Positions 1 to 13,128 of a DNA stretch of 64,000 nucleotides are shown here, one piece after another (the first letter of the stretch is position 1; every line of letters begins with the position of its first letter). The notes beneath the pieces were generated by a model. It saw only the letters and a list, made by a program, of their open reading frames with translations, searched no databases and was not told where the DNA came from. The DNA lies in assembly GCA_002104905.1 (NCBI GenBank), contig MCFE01000077.1:1-64000 (forward strand). The letters are read 5' to 3'. Position numbers and translations under genes: made by a program. Source of the stretch: Basidiobolus meristosporus CBS 931.73 (taxonomy: Eukaryota > Fungi > Basidiobolomycota).

Positions 1-40
1 ATAAAAACCTAAATACTACATAACTTCGTCTAGATGGTAA

Positions 41-1189
41 CTACTCAAAAACTTTCAGCGTAGCGGCAGTGACATCTTCGATGGAGGCATCGCCGTTAAC
101 CTGGTAGAATACATCAACAAGATAATTGCATATACTTGGTTAATATTTCAAGCTACCTTTCGCACTCGATTATCCTTCGCGTAATGCTCTACAACAGGAA
201 GACTAGCTTCTACAAAAGTAGCGATTCGCTTCTTGATTGTTTCTTCGTTGTCGTCAGCACGCCCACTTGTTTCACCACGTTTGAGCAACCTCCCAACCAG
301 GACATCATGTGGACAATCAAAAAATAGAACAAAGGTGCAATGACCGATCTAAGAAGAACAGTCAGTACGGAACCCAAGAGACTACTAAGCCATGCTTTCT
401 TACATCTCTTTCGAATTCTTCGGCTTGATCCATTTGTCTGGTAAGCGGCAGTTATTAAAAGTGATATGATACGACTACATTCTGAGCCCTACCTTGGGAA
501 GCCATCAATCAAAAATCCTGGGACATCATCGCCAGCCTTTTCCATAGCGTTGAGCAGGAGCTTCTTGGTAACATACTGCCCGCGACATTAGTTATCTATA
601 AGATATTCCGAGTGTCGAGAGGACTTACCATTGGCACCATCTTTCCTTCTTTCATAATCGCGGTAATCTCTTCGCTCAACTCTGAGCCTTCTTCAACAGC
701 ATGGCGTAGGAGATCTCCAACTGAGATGTGATGGTACTTGTACTTCTCCACAATTCGATCGCATTGCGTTCCTAGGATTCATTTTAATCCGATGAAGTAG
801 CACTATTTATTTCGCAAAACACTCACCTTTGCCTGAACCTGGGCCGCCTGGTGGGAGAAATAGATTAAATACGCCTTCTGGAGCCTGTCCCAAACCAACC
901 TTTCCTACCTAACACAAATACAATCTTTTTCCCATCGAATGGTAGCTTCTTGTTTGTCTCAGCGCTCTTGGTTTCCTTTTGTGGCTTAGCTGTGGAGTTG
1001 AAATGGAACAGGCTGCTAGACACTATCAGTTGCTTGCGCTGGCAATTGATTATTCAGCCCAGACTTGCCTTAATACGTGGGTAAAACAATTGGTGGATGG
1101 TACAGTCTCTTGTTCTTGGCTAAAGTGGGCGTCTGTTAGAACGTGTTGTCAGAAACGATAAACCAGCAAAGGGTACAGTACGTTGCCAT
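41..1189 (-). CDS. Adenylate kinase / UMP-CMP kinase family (AK1-like), multi-exon
   Basis: Spliced minus-strand translation gives [36 protein letters not shown]...GFLIDGFPR...VNGDASIEDVTAATLKVFE* (P-loop and NMP-kinase motifs). Stop TAG at 41-43. The start ATG at 1189 is less certain because the first exons are short. Confidence 0.85.
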
Positions 1190-2154
1190 TTTGATGGATT
1201 CTAACGGTTATCATTCCCTCCCGGCCATTATATATGCCGTATGGTGTAGGTTGAAATGCAATTGGGCTGCATTGGCAAGAATATATAATAAGGCAAGAAG
1301 CATGTTTGCATACTTGTACCACGCCCAGTTCAGTGGTGCACTAATTAACATTATTATCTCATTCATTTGTTGCCCTTCCAAAAGCAGCATCACTCATATA
1401 TCTTTCAGGTACAAGTTTGATTTGTTCATTAATCGACTTGCCAGCAGTGAGGGTAGGTCAAGTTCTATTGGGTAGTATCGGTGTATATACTTTACACTAT
1501 TCAAGCTACTCTAATACTAAAGCTATCCTTTTTGAACTCGACGTTGCTAAATTAACCCGGTGGAGTGTGTAAACGTTCATAGAACGAGCGCATTTTCATG
1601 TGTGTCAACTTGTTCGTTTTCTAAGATGGCAATATATTATCGACATTAAGAAGTGACGAACCCCATGGACATTTGACACATGGTGGCCTCGATAAAGAGG
1701 CCACAGAAACTACTTTTAACTGCTGAAATGTATGTTTCCGTAGGAATGAAAAAGGCTTACGCTAATTATACTCTATGTACCCATTATTCACGTAATTCCC
1801 TCCCGTGCTCCAAATGCTCTTGACAACAGCGAGAATAATGACCGACATTGTGTCGGAGTCTCGTACTGTCCTAACTGTAGATCTGTACAGGTGCTACCGT
1901 ACGAGAGAAATATTCTGATGGCTTTGTCACGTCTATTGAGCAACGGGATATTCTCTATTTCTCTATTTAGCAACGGGATATTCTGGGTGGATTTGTGTTT
2001 TGGTTGCATAGAGTTAATTAAAAGACCCTTCGATAAGCGGGAGTTACGTAAAATTAATTAAGACAAATCAATTAGAAAGACGTCACTGAAATCGAGTGAT
2101 AAATGTTTGGAGCCGCCTCCATTCATGTTGACTACGATCTCTGTTCACTTCAGA

Positions 2155-2409
2155 ATGGTAAGTATACCTTGCTACAAACCCCATACAAGCCCCATACATT
2201 CTCCTATTTACCTATGGCTTTTGTAGGCCCCCTCCCCCTGCCAGAAAGAAGCATGTGCCATTCAAGACTGTTTAATGAAGAACAACTACCAGGAAGAGAA
2301 GTGCCAGCAACTGATTCACCACCTGAAAAAATGCTGCGACCAAGTCTTAGCTCGAGGTGAGACTTCTCGCTGCTGCCCTTCTAAGGCCGCGCCCAAGAGG
2401 GCAAGCTGA
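2155..2409 (+). CDS. CMC4: Cx9C motif-containing protein 4 (CMC4/MTCP1-like), mitochondrial intermembrane space, 61 aa; not in ORF track
   Basis: ATG (2155-2157), intron GTAAGT...TTGTAG (2158-2226), then exon 2227-2409. Product MAPSPCQKEACAIQDCLMKNNYQEEKCQQLIHHLKKCCDQVLARGETSRCCPSKAAPKRAS*, which matches the PCQKxACxIQxCL...KC...L.KCC pattern of CMC4. Confidence 0.88.
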
Positions 2410-2646
2410 ATTAGTAACATGCAGTCTGGCATCGATCAATCAATAAAAAATCTTTTTTTTTCATGATTTTTTTTTGTTTCCTACACTAGTGTTGAGCAGG
2501 AAATCGCTACTACGTGACCGTAAAATCACTCCCTTGGTGGAGATATTTCTTGGTCAATTATATTTGATTTTCCGAGCGTAAAGATTTCTTTCCTCGCGTT
2601 GTTTTTGACTACGTTAGACGTTTCTCCCGAAATCTAAACCTTCAAG

Positions 2647-4221
2647 ATGTCTGCTGGTAAGAGAAAAAGAGAGGAGAGCGGCGCCGAGAAGCTCCCACTC
2701 AAGCTAGACAGCTCCGATTCCGGTGCACCGGTTTTAGGTAAAGAGCGTTGAAAAGTTTTCCAAGCACGTCGAAATCGCATATCCATATGGAATCGACCTA
2801 CGCACGAGTGCCTATTTAGCCACCTCGTTAATCCTGATCCTTTTGTCTTTAGTTACCTTCCCCGGTGTTTATCCAAGTAATCCTCAGCAGCAATTCCAAC
2901 TTTACAAGAACACCGTTTCTCGTCGTTCCAACCAGGTCGTCATTGCTGGTGAAACTGAACGCGTGGAATTCGTTGGTCAAAACTTTGGAGAGGAAGGGCC
3001 TAAGAATTTGTACTGCAAGTGGGTGCTAATTGCTGTGTTGGCTGGCCCTCGCTATCGATTAAGCTGATTGCTCCCCTTTCCAATTGCTAGATACATGGTT
3101 GGTGTATATGATAAGAAAACCAACTCGGTCACTTTCAAGGAGGCTCCTGTTTGCAAGATGACTCGTCACGTCAAGGCGCTTAAGCATCTCCAGGCGCAAC
3201 AAAGTGATAACAGTCAAGTAAGTGGCAGATTGGGCAGTTAGACTACACGATGCACGTGACTGACAAAGCATTGAAACTTCCAGGTCATGGTTGCTCTCAA
3301 TGCGCTTGGTGAGGCCTTCGGTTCCAAGAGACGTAAGGCCCAAATTCGTGCGGTCGAGCGTAATAGAGTTGATGTCGGCAACTTGCAAGATGCTGCCTCC
3401 TACATCAAGGATAACCTCGAGGAGCATGCCAACTCAGTTCCCACTCAAGGTAAACGGCCTCATGGTGACCACACCTCCAGAGGTTCCTGTTGCTAACCGT
3501 CAGAATCCATCTAGATGATATCAAAAATGAGACGGACGCAGATAGACCCATTCCCCCTTACAATCTCGAGGCCACCGAAGCCAAAGATATTTACAACTAC
3601 AACGATATTATTTCTCCAGCTGAGGTATCAGTTCTTCCCTTCACTCCTCTGTTGAAGACCGAGGCCGAAGGGGAACGTATCAAATTGCTGCCATTCCGTA
3701 ACTCGGCATATATCAAGGAACGTCTCTCATTGGCAGTCCAAAAGAAAGATAGATTCCGCGTTAAAAATCTGCTCTACATTTCTTACTTGATGCAGTTCCG
3801 CAACATGAGGGAAAGACAGCTCAATGATCCAGAGGCATTCGCCAAGATGCTCAACGATCCACCATCTATCATTGCTGAAAAGCTGTTGGAGAGATTCACC
3901 GAGGTGGTCCCTGGTCCCAACGGAAAGCCTAGCTATAGAATCACTCCCAAATGCCAGGACAAGGTCACCTGCTACATCATGGCATTGGCATTGATATTGG
4001 ACGACTTTGTAGCTTATCCAGCCGTTTTTGCCAAGGACCTCTCCATCTCCCAATCCAAGGCTGTTGAGCTATTCAAGAATCTTGGTTGTAGAGTGGACAA
4101 CATCTCCAAGGCTGAGCAGACCGCTCTTGGCCTCACGGCTTCCGATATCAAACGTATGAAGAAGGTACGTTTGGTGGCTCCACTCACCTTCCCTGAGAAG
4201 AAGTTCAGAAGATCAAAGTAA
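2647..4221 (+). CDS. RPA49: RNA polymerase I subunit A49 / PAF53
   Basis: MSAGKRKRE start. Exons encode YCKYMVGVYDKKTNSV, ALGEAFGSKRRKAQIRAVERNRVD, IPPYNLEATEAKDIY, LLERFTE, DLSISQSKAVELFKNLGC and VRLVAPLTFP, all typical of the A49 family. Confidence 0.9.
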
Positions 4222-4415
4222 ATCACCTCCGAGAGTTCAGTTTACCTCAGATTACCATGCCCGCTCCACTCCACCTCACCCCCATCCCAACCTCCAACAA
4301 CCCCGCCTCACCTTGGATGCTTATCGATTGCTCTTCATTTCATATTCTTTTGGAAGTAATATGTACGTTTTATAAGACACAATATAGATTTCTAAATTTA
4401 TTCAAAATACATCAT

Positions 4416-5582
4416 TTACTGTGAAGTGATGTGATGGTCACAATACTGCGGCCAGGCACAACGGCAGGTCAAGTCAGGGAGGATTCTACGGCAGGTGAAG
4501 GAGATTCTCTCATCCCGTTCGAATACCTTCCCATTTGGTAGCAGGTCAGTTTTGCGTTCCTTGATGCCATGCTCCCAGGCGTACCTGGACTCCTGGGTCA
4601 TAATGGCCAAAGACCGACGAGGTAGCTCTACTGGGACAATCTCGTTTGTCGAAAGCTTCTTGAAATCCATGACCACCGAGCTCTTTAGACTCAGGATGAA
4701 GATGGCTGAATCAAAGGCTGAATGGGTATCCACGTGCGACGTAATCCCTGATCCGGATGGATACTTCGAGATGGTTACTTGATCGCATCTAGGGAGCTCC
4801 CCCCAGTCTGCTGCGAACCTATCAACCAGCTTCTGCACAAATTCAGGGAAATCCACCGAGGTAGTCATGGAGGAATCACCAACATGCTTGGTCTTATAAT
4901 CATATGCGTACCCAAAATGTTGCTAAGCCGAAGTGAGTCAGGAGGCTGGCTGAAATAGAGTGACTTCAAGACATACCACATATCTCTTGTTAACGTATCT
5001 CCAATTGGGCAATGTTTCTAACTGAGCCAAAATGAACTCTTCCTCTTCCGGTGTGATATAGTCTTCGGCATACAGCAAGCCTGGAACCGTTCGGTTCTTT
5101 GATGGCTGTGTACCCACAAATGGAGTTTTCTTTTGCTCGACATACTCGAGAAACAACACCTTCCCATCAAAGTATTCGGTTGAGTGCATGTGAAAGGTTT
5201 CCTTTACTTTCTGGGCGCAATTCGAATCACGAAACCTGACAAAGGTGTACGGCTAAATGCAGGGGAGAAGAGGCGTTACTTTCTGGTGGAGAAGGGAAAA
5301 TTGTTCGTTCATACTAACTCTTCCGTAGGCACTCTGTTCTGCCCCCAAGTACCCTTCGAACTGAGCTAAGACTGTGCAGAGTTCGTTGAAATGAATACTT
5401 CCCATCGCACCAGAACCAGCATTTGCGATGCAGATGAAGGGAGTACTTTCTGAGCTGAATAGCTCTGAAACCTCCCGTTGCTCAAGTTTCGCCACCACAC
5501 CATACGAATAGTCCCGTTTTCTCTCCAACTTCAGACGCTTCTTGAGCTCGTTTTTACTTAGACCTGTTTTATCTACGGTCAT
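4416..5582 (-). CDS. ALKBH8: ALKBH8-like RRM + 2OG-Fe(II) dioxygenase, without methyltransferase domain
   Basis: RRM-like PYTFVRF segment, PGLLYAEDYITPEEE, iron ligands HVD...H (HVDTHSAF; WEHGI), RISFTCR, and a C-terminal CRCAWPQYCD zinc motif followed by a stop. Confidence 0.8.
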
Positions 5583-5804
5583 ATCTGGTTGAAATACCAG
5601 CGCACATGCTGGATGGGTGTTTTAATGAGAAAAGGGAAGTCTAGACTGGAAGGCTTTCAAAAAAAAATCCCGCTTTGGCTCTGTCTATCATTGAATCCGG
5701 GATAGACGAATGAAATCCATATAAAGGAATTATACATAGTGTACAGATGGTGAGTCCAGATATACAGTAGGATAAATAGAAATGGCTTCATTGTATGCTC
5801 GAAT

Positions 5805-8800
5805 CTATCGAGTGCCGTTGCTGCGGACCAAAGGTTTGGCCAAAGATGAACGGTCGCATGCTTGCAACTCGAGGTGTGTATTTCCCTTGGACAAACTTTC
5901 ATCGTTTCCATCCAGGTAAGCGCGACTCCTCCGGCCAAATCGAGGCCTAAGCTTGTCCAATAAACTGCCGCGTGCTCGATGCCCACTGACCTTCTCCCGG
6001 ATCCTTCTGATCTTCCTCTCATCCTTCTCCCATTCTTGGTACTTGTCCACCTCGGATGGCCAGAAGCTGCGCTTCATCACGATCAGCACCACCCGCGGGA
6101 CCAGAGCCGCAACCACCACCAGCACCAGTGCTCCCCAGAAGTCCGGATTTCTAATCATGGATTGAAACACCCCATACACCTCGTAACCATTGGTAGCGTC
6201 CTGTGGCTTATATATGAACGAAAAGACCAACTGCCATGCAAACCAGAGGCCAATCGTTCCAATGGTTGCCAGCGCAGTCACACAGGTCCAGTTGTGGCTC
6301 TCCAGCAGGGACAGTTTGATGGTAACTACCAAGACTACCGACGTGTAGACAATTACGCCCAGGAAGTAAAGCTGTGGCGAATCCTCCACATCGCCACGGC
6401 TGAAGGCACCCTGGGTGATCATTGGGATGTAGGTGATCCAGACCGATTGGACAACGCCATTGACCATCCAAGTCCAGAATATCCGCAAATTGAACATCTC
6501 GTTATTCTGGCCCATCTTGTAGAGTCCCGGGAACCTCAGCAGAGTCTCGGCGTTCAGATCCTTCTCGAACATCCCAAGGACTAAGACTGGCAGTGCGGAG
6601 AATAGTGTATTGTACACAGACAAGGTCCACTGCTCATACAGCGAAGTCCCGCTGAACCCGGTGAAGATTTGGAAGAAGAACTGGGTGAGGTAGAATGTGA
6701 CGCATTTGTAAAAAGTCCCAAGCACGAATTTTGAGATTCGGACGTAGCACCATCTACCATGAACCAACAGCAGCCGTTGCAGAAACTGGAAGCGCGCAAT
6801 GGAGTAGTCACTTGATCTAGCCGCTTGCAGCCCCTCACGGCCAGCAATCCCTATGCCTACATGGGCCTCTTGGATCATAGCAATGTCATTGCCGCCGTCG
6901 CCGATAGCTAGAGTGATTGCAGATCCGATTTTAAGGCGGATGCTACGGACAACGAGCGCTTTTTGCGATGGACTAACGCGACAACATATCACTGCACTAC
7001 TGATGACTCCGAGGTCGAGGAAGCTGCTCAGGAGAACGTGATCCTTCTCGATTACAGCTAGGGTGGATCCATCCACTACAACCACTGAGTGGCCTGTATT
7101 GGCTGCAACATTGCTCAAGGCTGCTTGGACTTGCTGGGGCAGTGGGCCCTGTTTAGGGTCGAGAATGATCACTGTTGAGGTATCCCGAATCAGCCTGCAG
7201 GAGTATCCAATGTTAATGGCAGTCTCCAGTTTATCCCCGGTGAGCATCCACAGACGAATGCCTGCCATCTGTAGCTTCTCGATTGTCTCAGGTACTCCTT
7301 CTTGTAGCTTGTCCTCAATGGCAGTGATGCCTGTGAGGGTGAGATTCTTTTCGATCAACTCAGCAGCCTCCTCGATCTTCGTTTGCCTATCGACCAGAGA
7401 TGTACAGGCTTCAGAGTACAGCCCACTCCAGCTCTGATACTCCTCTGGGTCTAGGTATTTATGCCCATAGGCCAATGTGCGGAGACCATCGGATGCAAAT
7501 TCATGGACGTGCTCCACTGCCTTCGAATAGAGATATTCCTCTCGAATACTCGTATGCTTTGCTTCAGATTCATCGCCATGGCTGGAGGTATTATTCACAA
7601 GCCTCTCGAGGATCACGGAATCGGCTCCTTTGCACAGGAGGACAATCTGATCATCTGGAAATTGATATATCACTGACATACGTTTTCTGTGGCTGCTAAA
7701 CTCGATGATGTTCAGGACCTTGAACGACTGTGGATGGCCGCCTTGTAATGGTACCACCGAGACTGATTTGCTGGTGCGGTCGATGCATGTATACCCGAGC
7801 TCGTGCACTGCATTAACGATTGCATACTCATCTGGCGACATGGATTGGTAATTCACCTCCCCCGAATTCGGCTCCACCTCTGGGACTACCGTATGGCAGA
7901 GAGCCATGGAGAGCAAAAACATATCGGCCTGTCTGCTAAAAAGGCTGTTCGGGTCGGAGACCAACCGCTCGACCATTTGCCTGGAGGTTTTCAGCTGATT
8001 CAGGCGAGATTCAGGATTCGCGTATTTATCTTCAGCAGTCAGCAGCTCGTAGCCGTCTAACTCGGAGGAGTATAATTGACTAGCAGTGTCAAGTCGATGG
8101 CGGACGATCTTCTGGTTGTTGTGGACATACGCCAGCCCGCCAACAGAGTATTTACGGAATAGCATTACGTTGTCAGTTAGCGTGCCGGTTTTGTCCGAAA
8201 ACACGTAACTGACTTGGCCCAGCTCTTCGTTGATGGTGCAGGTGCGGGCCTCAGCTGGAGTGTCGGTGTCTTGGTAGTACATCTCGAGGTCGTTGTTGAT
8301 GAAGTAGGCTTGAACTAACTTCACGATCTCCATGGTAACATAAAGTGAAATAGGAATCAGGGTGTTCAGAAGAATGATGAAGCTGAAAAAACTGCCGGCC
8401 AAATCGCGTCTGGACCCATTGAGATACCATCGATGGATTGAGCCCTTCTCCCACACCGCCGCCAACACCGTAGAAATCAACGAGAGAGTGATTAGAGCAA
8501 TGAAAACTGATATAACCGCTTTGTTGATCAACTTCTGCAGACTTGGCGCCTTTGTACGAGCATTTTTCGACGCGTTCATGCGGATCTTCGTTTCCTCGCC
8601 CGAAAAAATCACCATCCCGATCACGTTGGCTGTGTTTCGAAGGATGGTCCCGCGCAGTAGGATCTGGTTTACGGATACTGGGTAGCGAGCCGTCTCTTGC
8701 TGCAGGTAGCCATCAAAGTTATAGAGGTCCATATTTGGGTCTTCCGCCTGAAGATAGCCTAGAGTAGGAAAAATATTCTATCAGTTATGCAGTAACACCG

Positions 8801-9638
8801 CGACATTCACGATCTTGGAAAACCAACCTTCCAAGGTGGAAAGGCCACCCTCCGATTCTTTCACAAGCTCATCCGTTTCTCTCAATGCTTGCTTCTGCTT
8901 TAAATTACTTTCACCGTCAAGTGCCGCTGTCTCGACGTAGCATATGCCATCCTCTCCAGAGCTGCTTATTAGGAAAAGATCGGCAGGTATCCAATCGTTG
9001 GCGCTTACACGGACAAAATCTCCCACGGTAATATCTCTCCACTTTGCTTGCTGCCAAACACCGATGTCTCGGTTCCCGTCCCCTTCTGTATTGTCATGGT
9101 AACAGCGAAGCACCTCGACTCCTTTGTTGTTTTCAGTCTGATCTTGTCGATGCCTCCGATAATCATCATAGCCCTCACGGCCCATAGCTACGATGGTGAA
9201 TATGGAGAGTGGCAGGATGGTGGTGAATTGGCCGGTAGTTGACCACCCCGGTATCATTTGTAAGCATGCGACAAAGAGGAAATACAGGTTGGCCACCTTG
9301 GAGAATTGTGCATACAGTTGTTTCGGCAAGAAGTTCCACAGGGTGTAGCGTGCGGTGGTGATCTTGTTGGAGAGGTATGGTTTTCTTGTGTCTTCACGTA
9401 GATATGGTTTAGCTGCTGCGGCAGAGATGGGGATTTTCCGGCCTACTGGCGTGGTGCTGTGCCGAAATACAGATTGGCTTTTTCTTTTGATCCATGTGGA
9501 CATGGAGCGAGTGAGCGGTCTAGGAATTTGCTCTTCTAAAACTGTACATTCGATGGGATTCTCGTCTGAAGGTGAGCTCAATTCGATGCCTGTGCTTGGG
9601 TCAACAGCGTGGTCTTGGCTGGTGTTGCCTAAGGACAT
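5805..9638 (-). CDS. Phospholipid-translocating P4-type ATPase (flippase, DNF3-like); one intron at about 8760-8827
   Basis: NKITTARYTLWNFLPKQLYAQFSKVANLYF, DGESNLK, PISLYVTMEIVK, DKTGTLT phosphorylation site, TGDKLETA, CCRVSPSQKA, GDGGND, and C-terminal TM helices. Confidence 0.95.
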
Positions 9639-10190
9639 GAAGAAAAGGTAATAAGGAAACTAAATAATGATACAGCGGAGAGAAGGGAATAACTGGAGTC
9701 AACAAAGAAAGTGGATAACTGAAGTCAGGAGAAGGAAGGGGCTGAAGGAAATCCAATGAGATGCAGGCTGTGCAGCAAGATGAATAGCAACTAGCCTCTA
9801 AAATAGGCCATTGAGCAATGCAGCCCATGCACTGTATTAAACTTCACCATTCAATAGATTTCATATGATTCAGCGATGAGTATATACCTCTGATGAATGG
9901 ATGGAAAGTTATGAGCAGAATGCGAAAATCAATGGAGAATGTTGCCAGTCAAACGCAGATGAAACAGTTGTAATGAAAGAAAATATGCCATCCAAGAGCA
10001 TCGACTCAGCCACCAGCAGCTTTGCCCACCCAAAATGTCAACGCTACGTGACTTCGGGTTAGGATGTGATTTCTGCTGTGAAATAGGGACTCGCTGGATG
10101 GCCCCAGATATTCTAGATGCTCAAAATTCTCTGGTTAATTCTAGTGGATTATTTATCCCAACCTGAACCCTCTTTCAACTTAAACAAACA

Positions 10191-13085
10191 ATGGCCGGAG
10201 TCAAGAGAAAGCCAGACGTGGAGATCGCAGTTGCCGATGAGAATGATGTTCTTCAGATCACTGCCCTAGGGGCGGGTAATGAAGTTGGTAGATCGTGCCA
10301 CATTCTACGGTATAAGGGCAAAACGATCATGGTAAGTCGGTGTTGGAATTGAAGCACCTTGGTTTGCATACTAACTTGGAATGCATTCAGTTGGATGCAG
10401 GAATCCACCCTGGTTTGAATGGACTTGCTGTATTGCCTTTCTTTGATGAGATAGATCCTTCTACCGTCGATGTGCTCCTTGTTACCCAGTACGTATAAAT
10501 CTTTTAATATTTCCTCTGCATTCCATATTTCTGTGTTATATTCTATTGATGATATTTAAATAAAGTTTTCTTCTCAAAACCGCATTAGCTTCCACTTGGA
10601 TCATGCAGCTTCGGTCCCATATTTTATGGAAAAAGTACATTTTTATATACTGTCTACCCGAGCCAAGCGTATTAATCTTGTTGACTTGATATATAGACCA
10701 ATTTCAAAGGACGTGTGTTCATGACTCATCCTACCAAAGCTATCTACAAATGGCTACTCTCCGACTACGTAAAAGTCAGGTTAGACGGACAGTGCACGTT
10801 GCCATATACGAGCACAGTATTAAATGCCAAACGTTATGTAGTAACACCTCGGTGGACGAGATGCTCTACGATGAACAGGACTTGATCCGTAGTTATGAGC
10901 GCATCGAAGCAGTTGATTACCATCAGGAGATAGAAGTGAACGGAATTAAATTCACGGGATTTAATGCGGGACACGTTCTAGGTGCATGCATGTTTTTGAT
11001 TGAAATCGCCGGTGTAAAGGTAACGATCACTGGAAGGAGAGCCCCCTAATCAGACACTAATCGATCCTGCCCAAGATCCTCTACACTGGGGACTACTCGA
11101 GAGAGGAGGACCGTCATTTGATGGCTGCCGAGAGGCCGAAGAATGTTCAGCTGGACGTGCTCATTTGCGAATCTACTTATGGTGTGCAAAGTCACGAGCC
11201 TCGTGTTGAACGAGAACACCGCTTTACGAGTAAGTTTGCTCGATCTCTGTTGATTCTGATGTCACTATTGACGTATATTCCACAGCGCTTGTCCATGACA
11301 TTGTGACCAGAGGGGGGCGTTGTCTAATCCCGGTGTTCGCCTTGGGTAGAGCGCAGGAGCTGCTGCTTATCTTGGATGAATACTGGGAGGCGCACCCAGA
11401 ACTGGAGTCGATCCCAATTTATTATGCCTCTTCCTTGGCCAAGAAATGCATGGCGGTGTACCAAACCTACATCAACATGATGAACGCGAAGATTCGTAAG
11501 CAATTTGCCGTGTCTAATCCGTTTGTGTTCAAGCACATTTCAAATCTGAGAAATATGGAGAATTTCGATGATGTTGGCCCTTGTGTCATGATGGCCAGTC
11601 CCGGTATGCTTCAGGTAAACGACTTGGTATGGTTATGAATCACGAAGCAGGGCATTCTTGACCAAACTTCTTGCAAATCTAGAACGGTCTTTCCAGAGAG
11701 CTCTTGGAGAGATGGGCCCCCGACAAGCGCAACGGAGTAGTCATCACAGGTTATAGTGTGGAAGGAACGTTGGCCAAGGTAAGAACGCTGCAAACTAGCC
11801 CAGTCGCACACGCTTAACACGCAGCATCCCAATTGCAGTCAATTTTGAACGAGCCCGAGGATTTCCAGTCCATGTCCGGGACTAGAATACCCCTACGAAT
11901 GTCCGTTGACTACATCTCATTCTCTGCCCACGTGGATTATGCGCAGAACAGTCAGTTCATCGACGAAGTCAAAGCACCCAACCTCGTAAGAAGCATTTTG
12001 CGTTAGTTCGTGATATTAGCAATTGCTAACATGGTGCCACAGGTGTTAGTTCATGGCGACTCAAATGTGATGGGCCGTCTGAAGAGCGCTTTGCAGAGCC
12101 GATATGCAGAGCGTGATGAGGAGATCACCATCTACACGCCCAAAAACTGCGAAACCATCAGCCTGTATTTCCGTGGTGAAAAGATGGCCAAGGTAAGGCA
12201 ATCCCGTCCCCGGATTAACCAACTGCTAGTTAACCTGACCGTGAATAGACCATCGGAAACATGGCCGAGAAAACCCCCGAAGACGAGCAAACGATCTCGG
12301 GGATTTTGGTGGCCAAGGATTTCCAGTACAACATCATGAGTGCTGAGGATCTCAACGAGTTCAGCGGGTTGACCACCAGCGTGGTGTGTCAGAAGCTTAC
12401 TCTGCCGTATCACGCGGCGTTCTCTCTTCTGAAATACCATTTGGAACAAATGTATGATGATATCCAAGAGACTGTAGACGACGAGAAGGGCTCGGTTCTT
12501 AGGGTAAGCCTACCCATCCACCACCATTCAAGCCTTAGTCTAACCCGGGTTCTGTAGGTGTTTGATACGGTAGATATCAAGAGTAACGAGAAGAATCAGG
12601 TTACTCTTGAATGGATTGGTAACGCCATGAACGACATGATTGCCGATTCGGTTCTCGCGATCATCCTGAATATCGAGAGCAGCCCGGCCTCCGTCAAAGG
12701 TACGTCGTTGCAGAGAGCTTTCTGGTGCATCGGATCTAACTGTTCTCTCAGTAACCCACTCGCCCTGCCACTCACACACGCACGCACACGTATCTGTCGA
12801 AGAGAGAACCGAAGAGTTGGCACAGTTCTTGTCAAAGCAGTTTGACCAGGTCAACAGCGAGGACCACATCCTCACCGTGATGGTCGATGATCAGACTGCA
12901 TCCATTGATGCCGTTACTGGGGTAAGTGGTGGGATGATTTGGAAACGACCAACAAACTAACATCATGGATACAGGAGGTGAACTCGGAGCATGATTTATT
13001 GAAGAAACGAGTGACAAATGTGATGAACCGCGTCCAGAAGACACTACGTCCAGTGGACAACAAAGTTGAGATCAAACAGGAATAG
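10191..13085 (+). CDS. YSH1: Pre-mRNA 3'-end processing endonuclease CPSF73/Ysh1, many introns
   Basis: [21 protein letters not shown] metallo-beta-lactamase motif, [53 protein letters not shown] and [15 protein letters not shown]. Stop TAG at 13083-13085. Confidence 0.95.
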
Positions 13086-13128
13086 ACCCCAAACGAGTAC
13101 CAAATAAAATTGCTTTGTATTATACCAG

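Noticed and set aside
1683-1984. 8-bp hairpin GTGGCCTC/GAGGCCAC (1683-1704) and a 30-bp-period direct repeat (about 1933-1984)
   Set aside because: Too short to support an ncRNA or element call; no tRNA or snoRNA box structure was recognisable.
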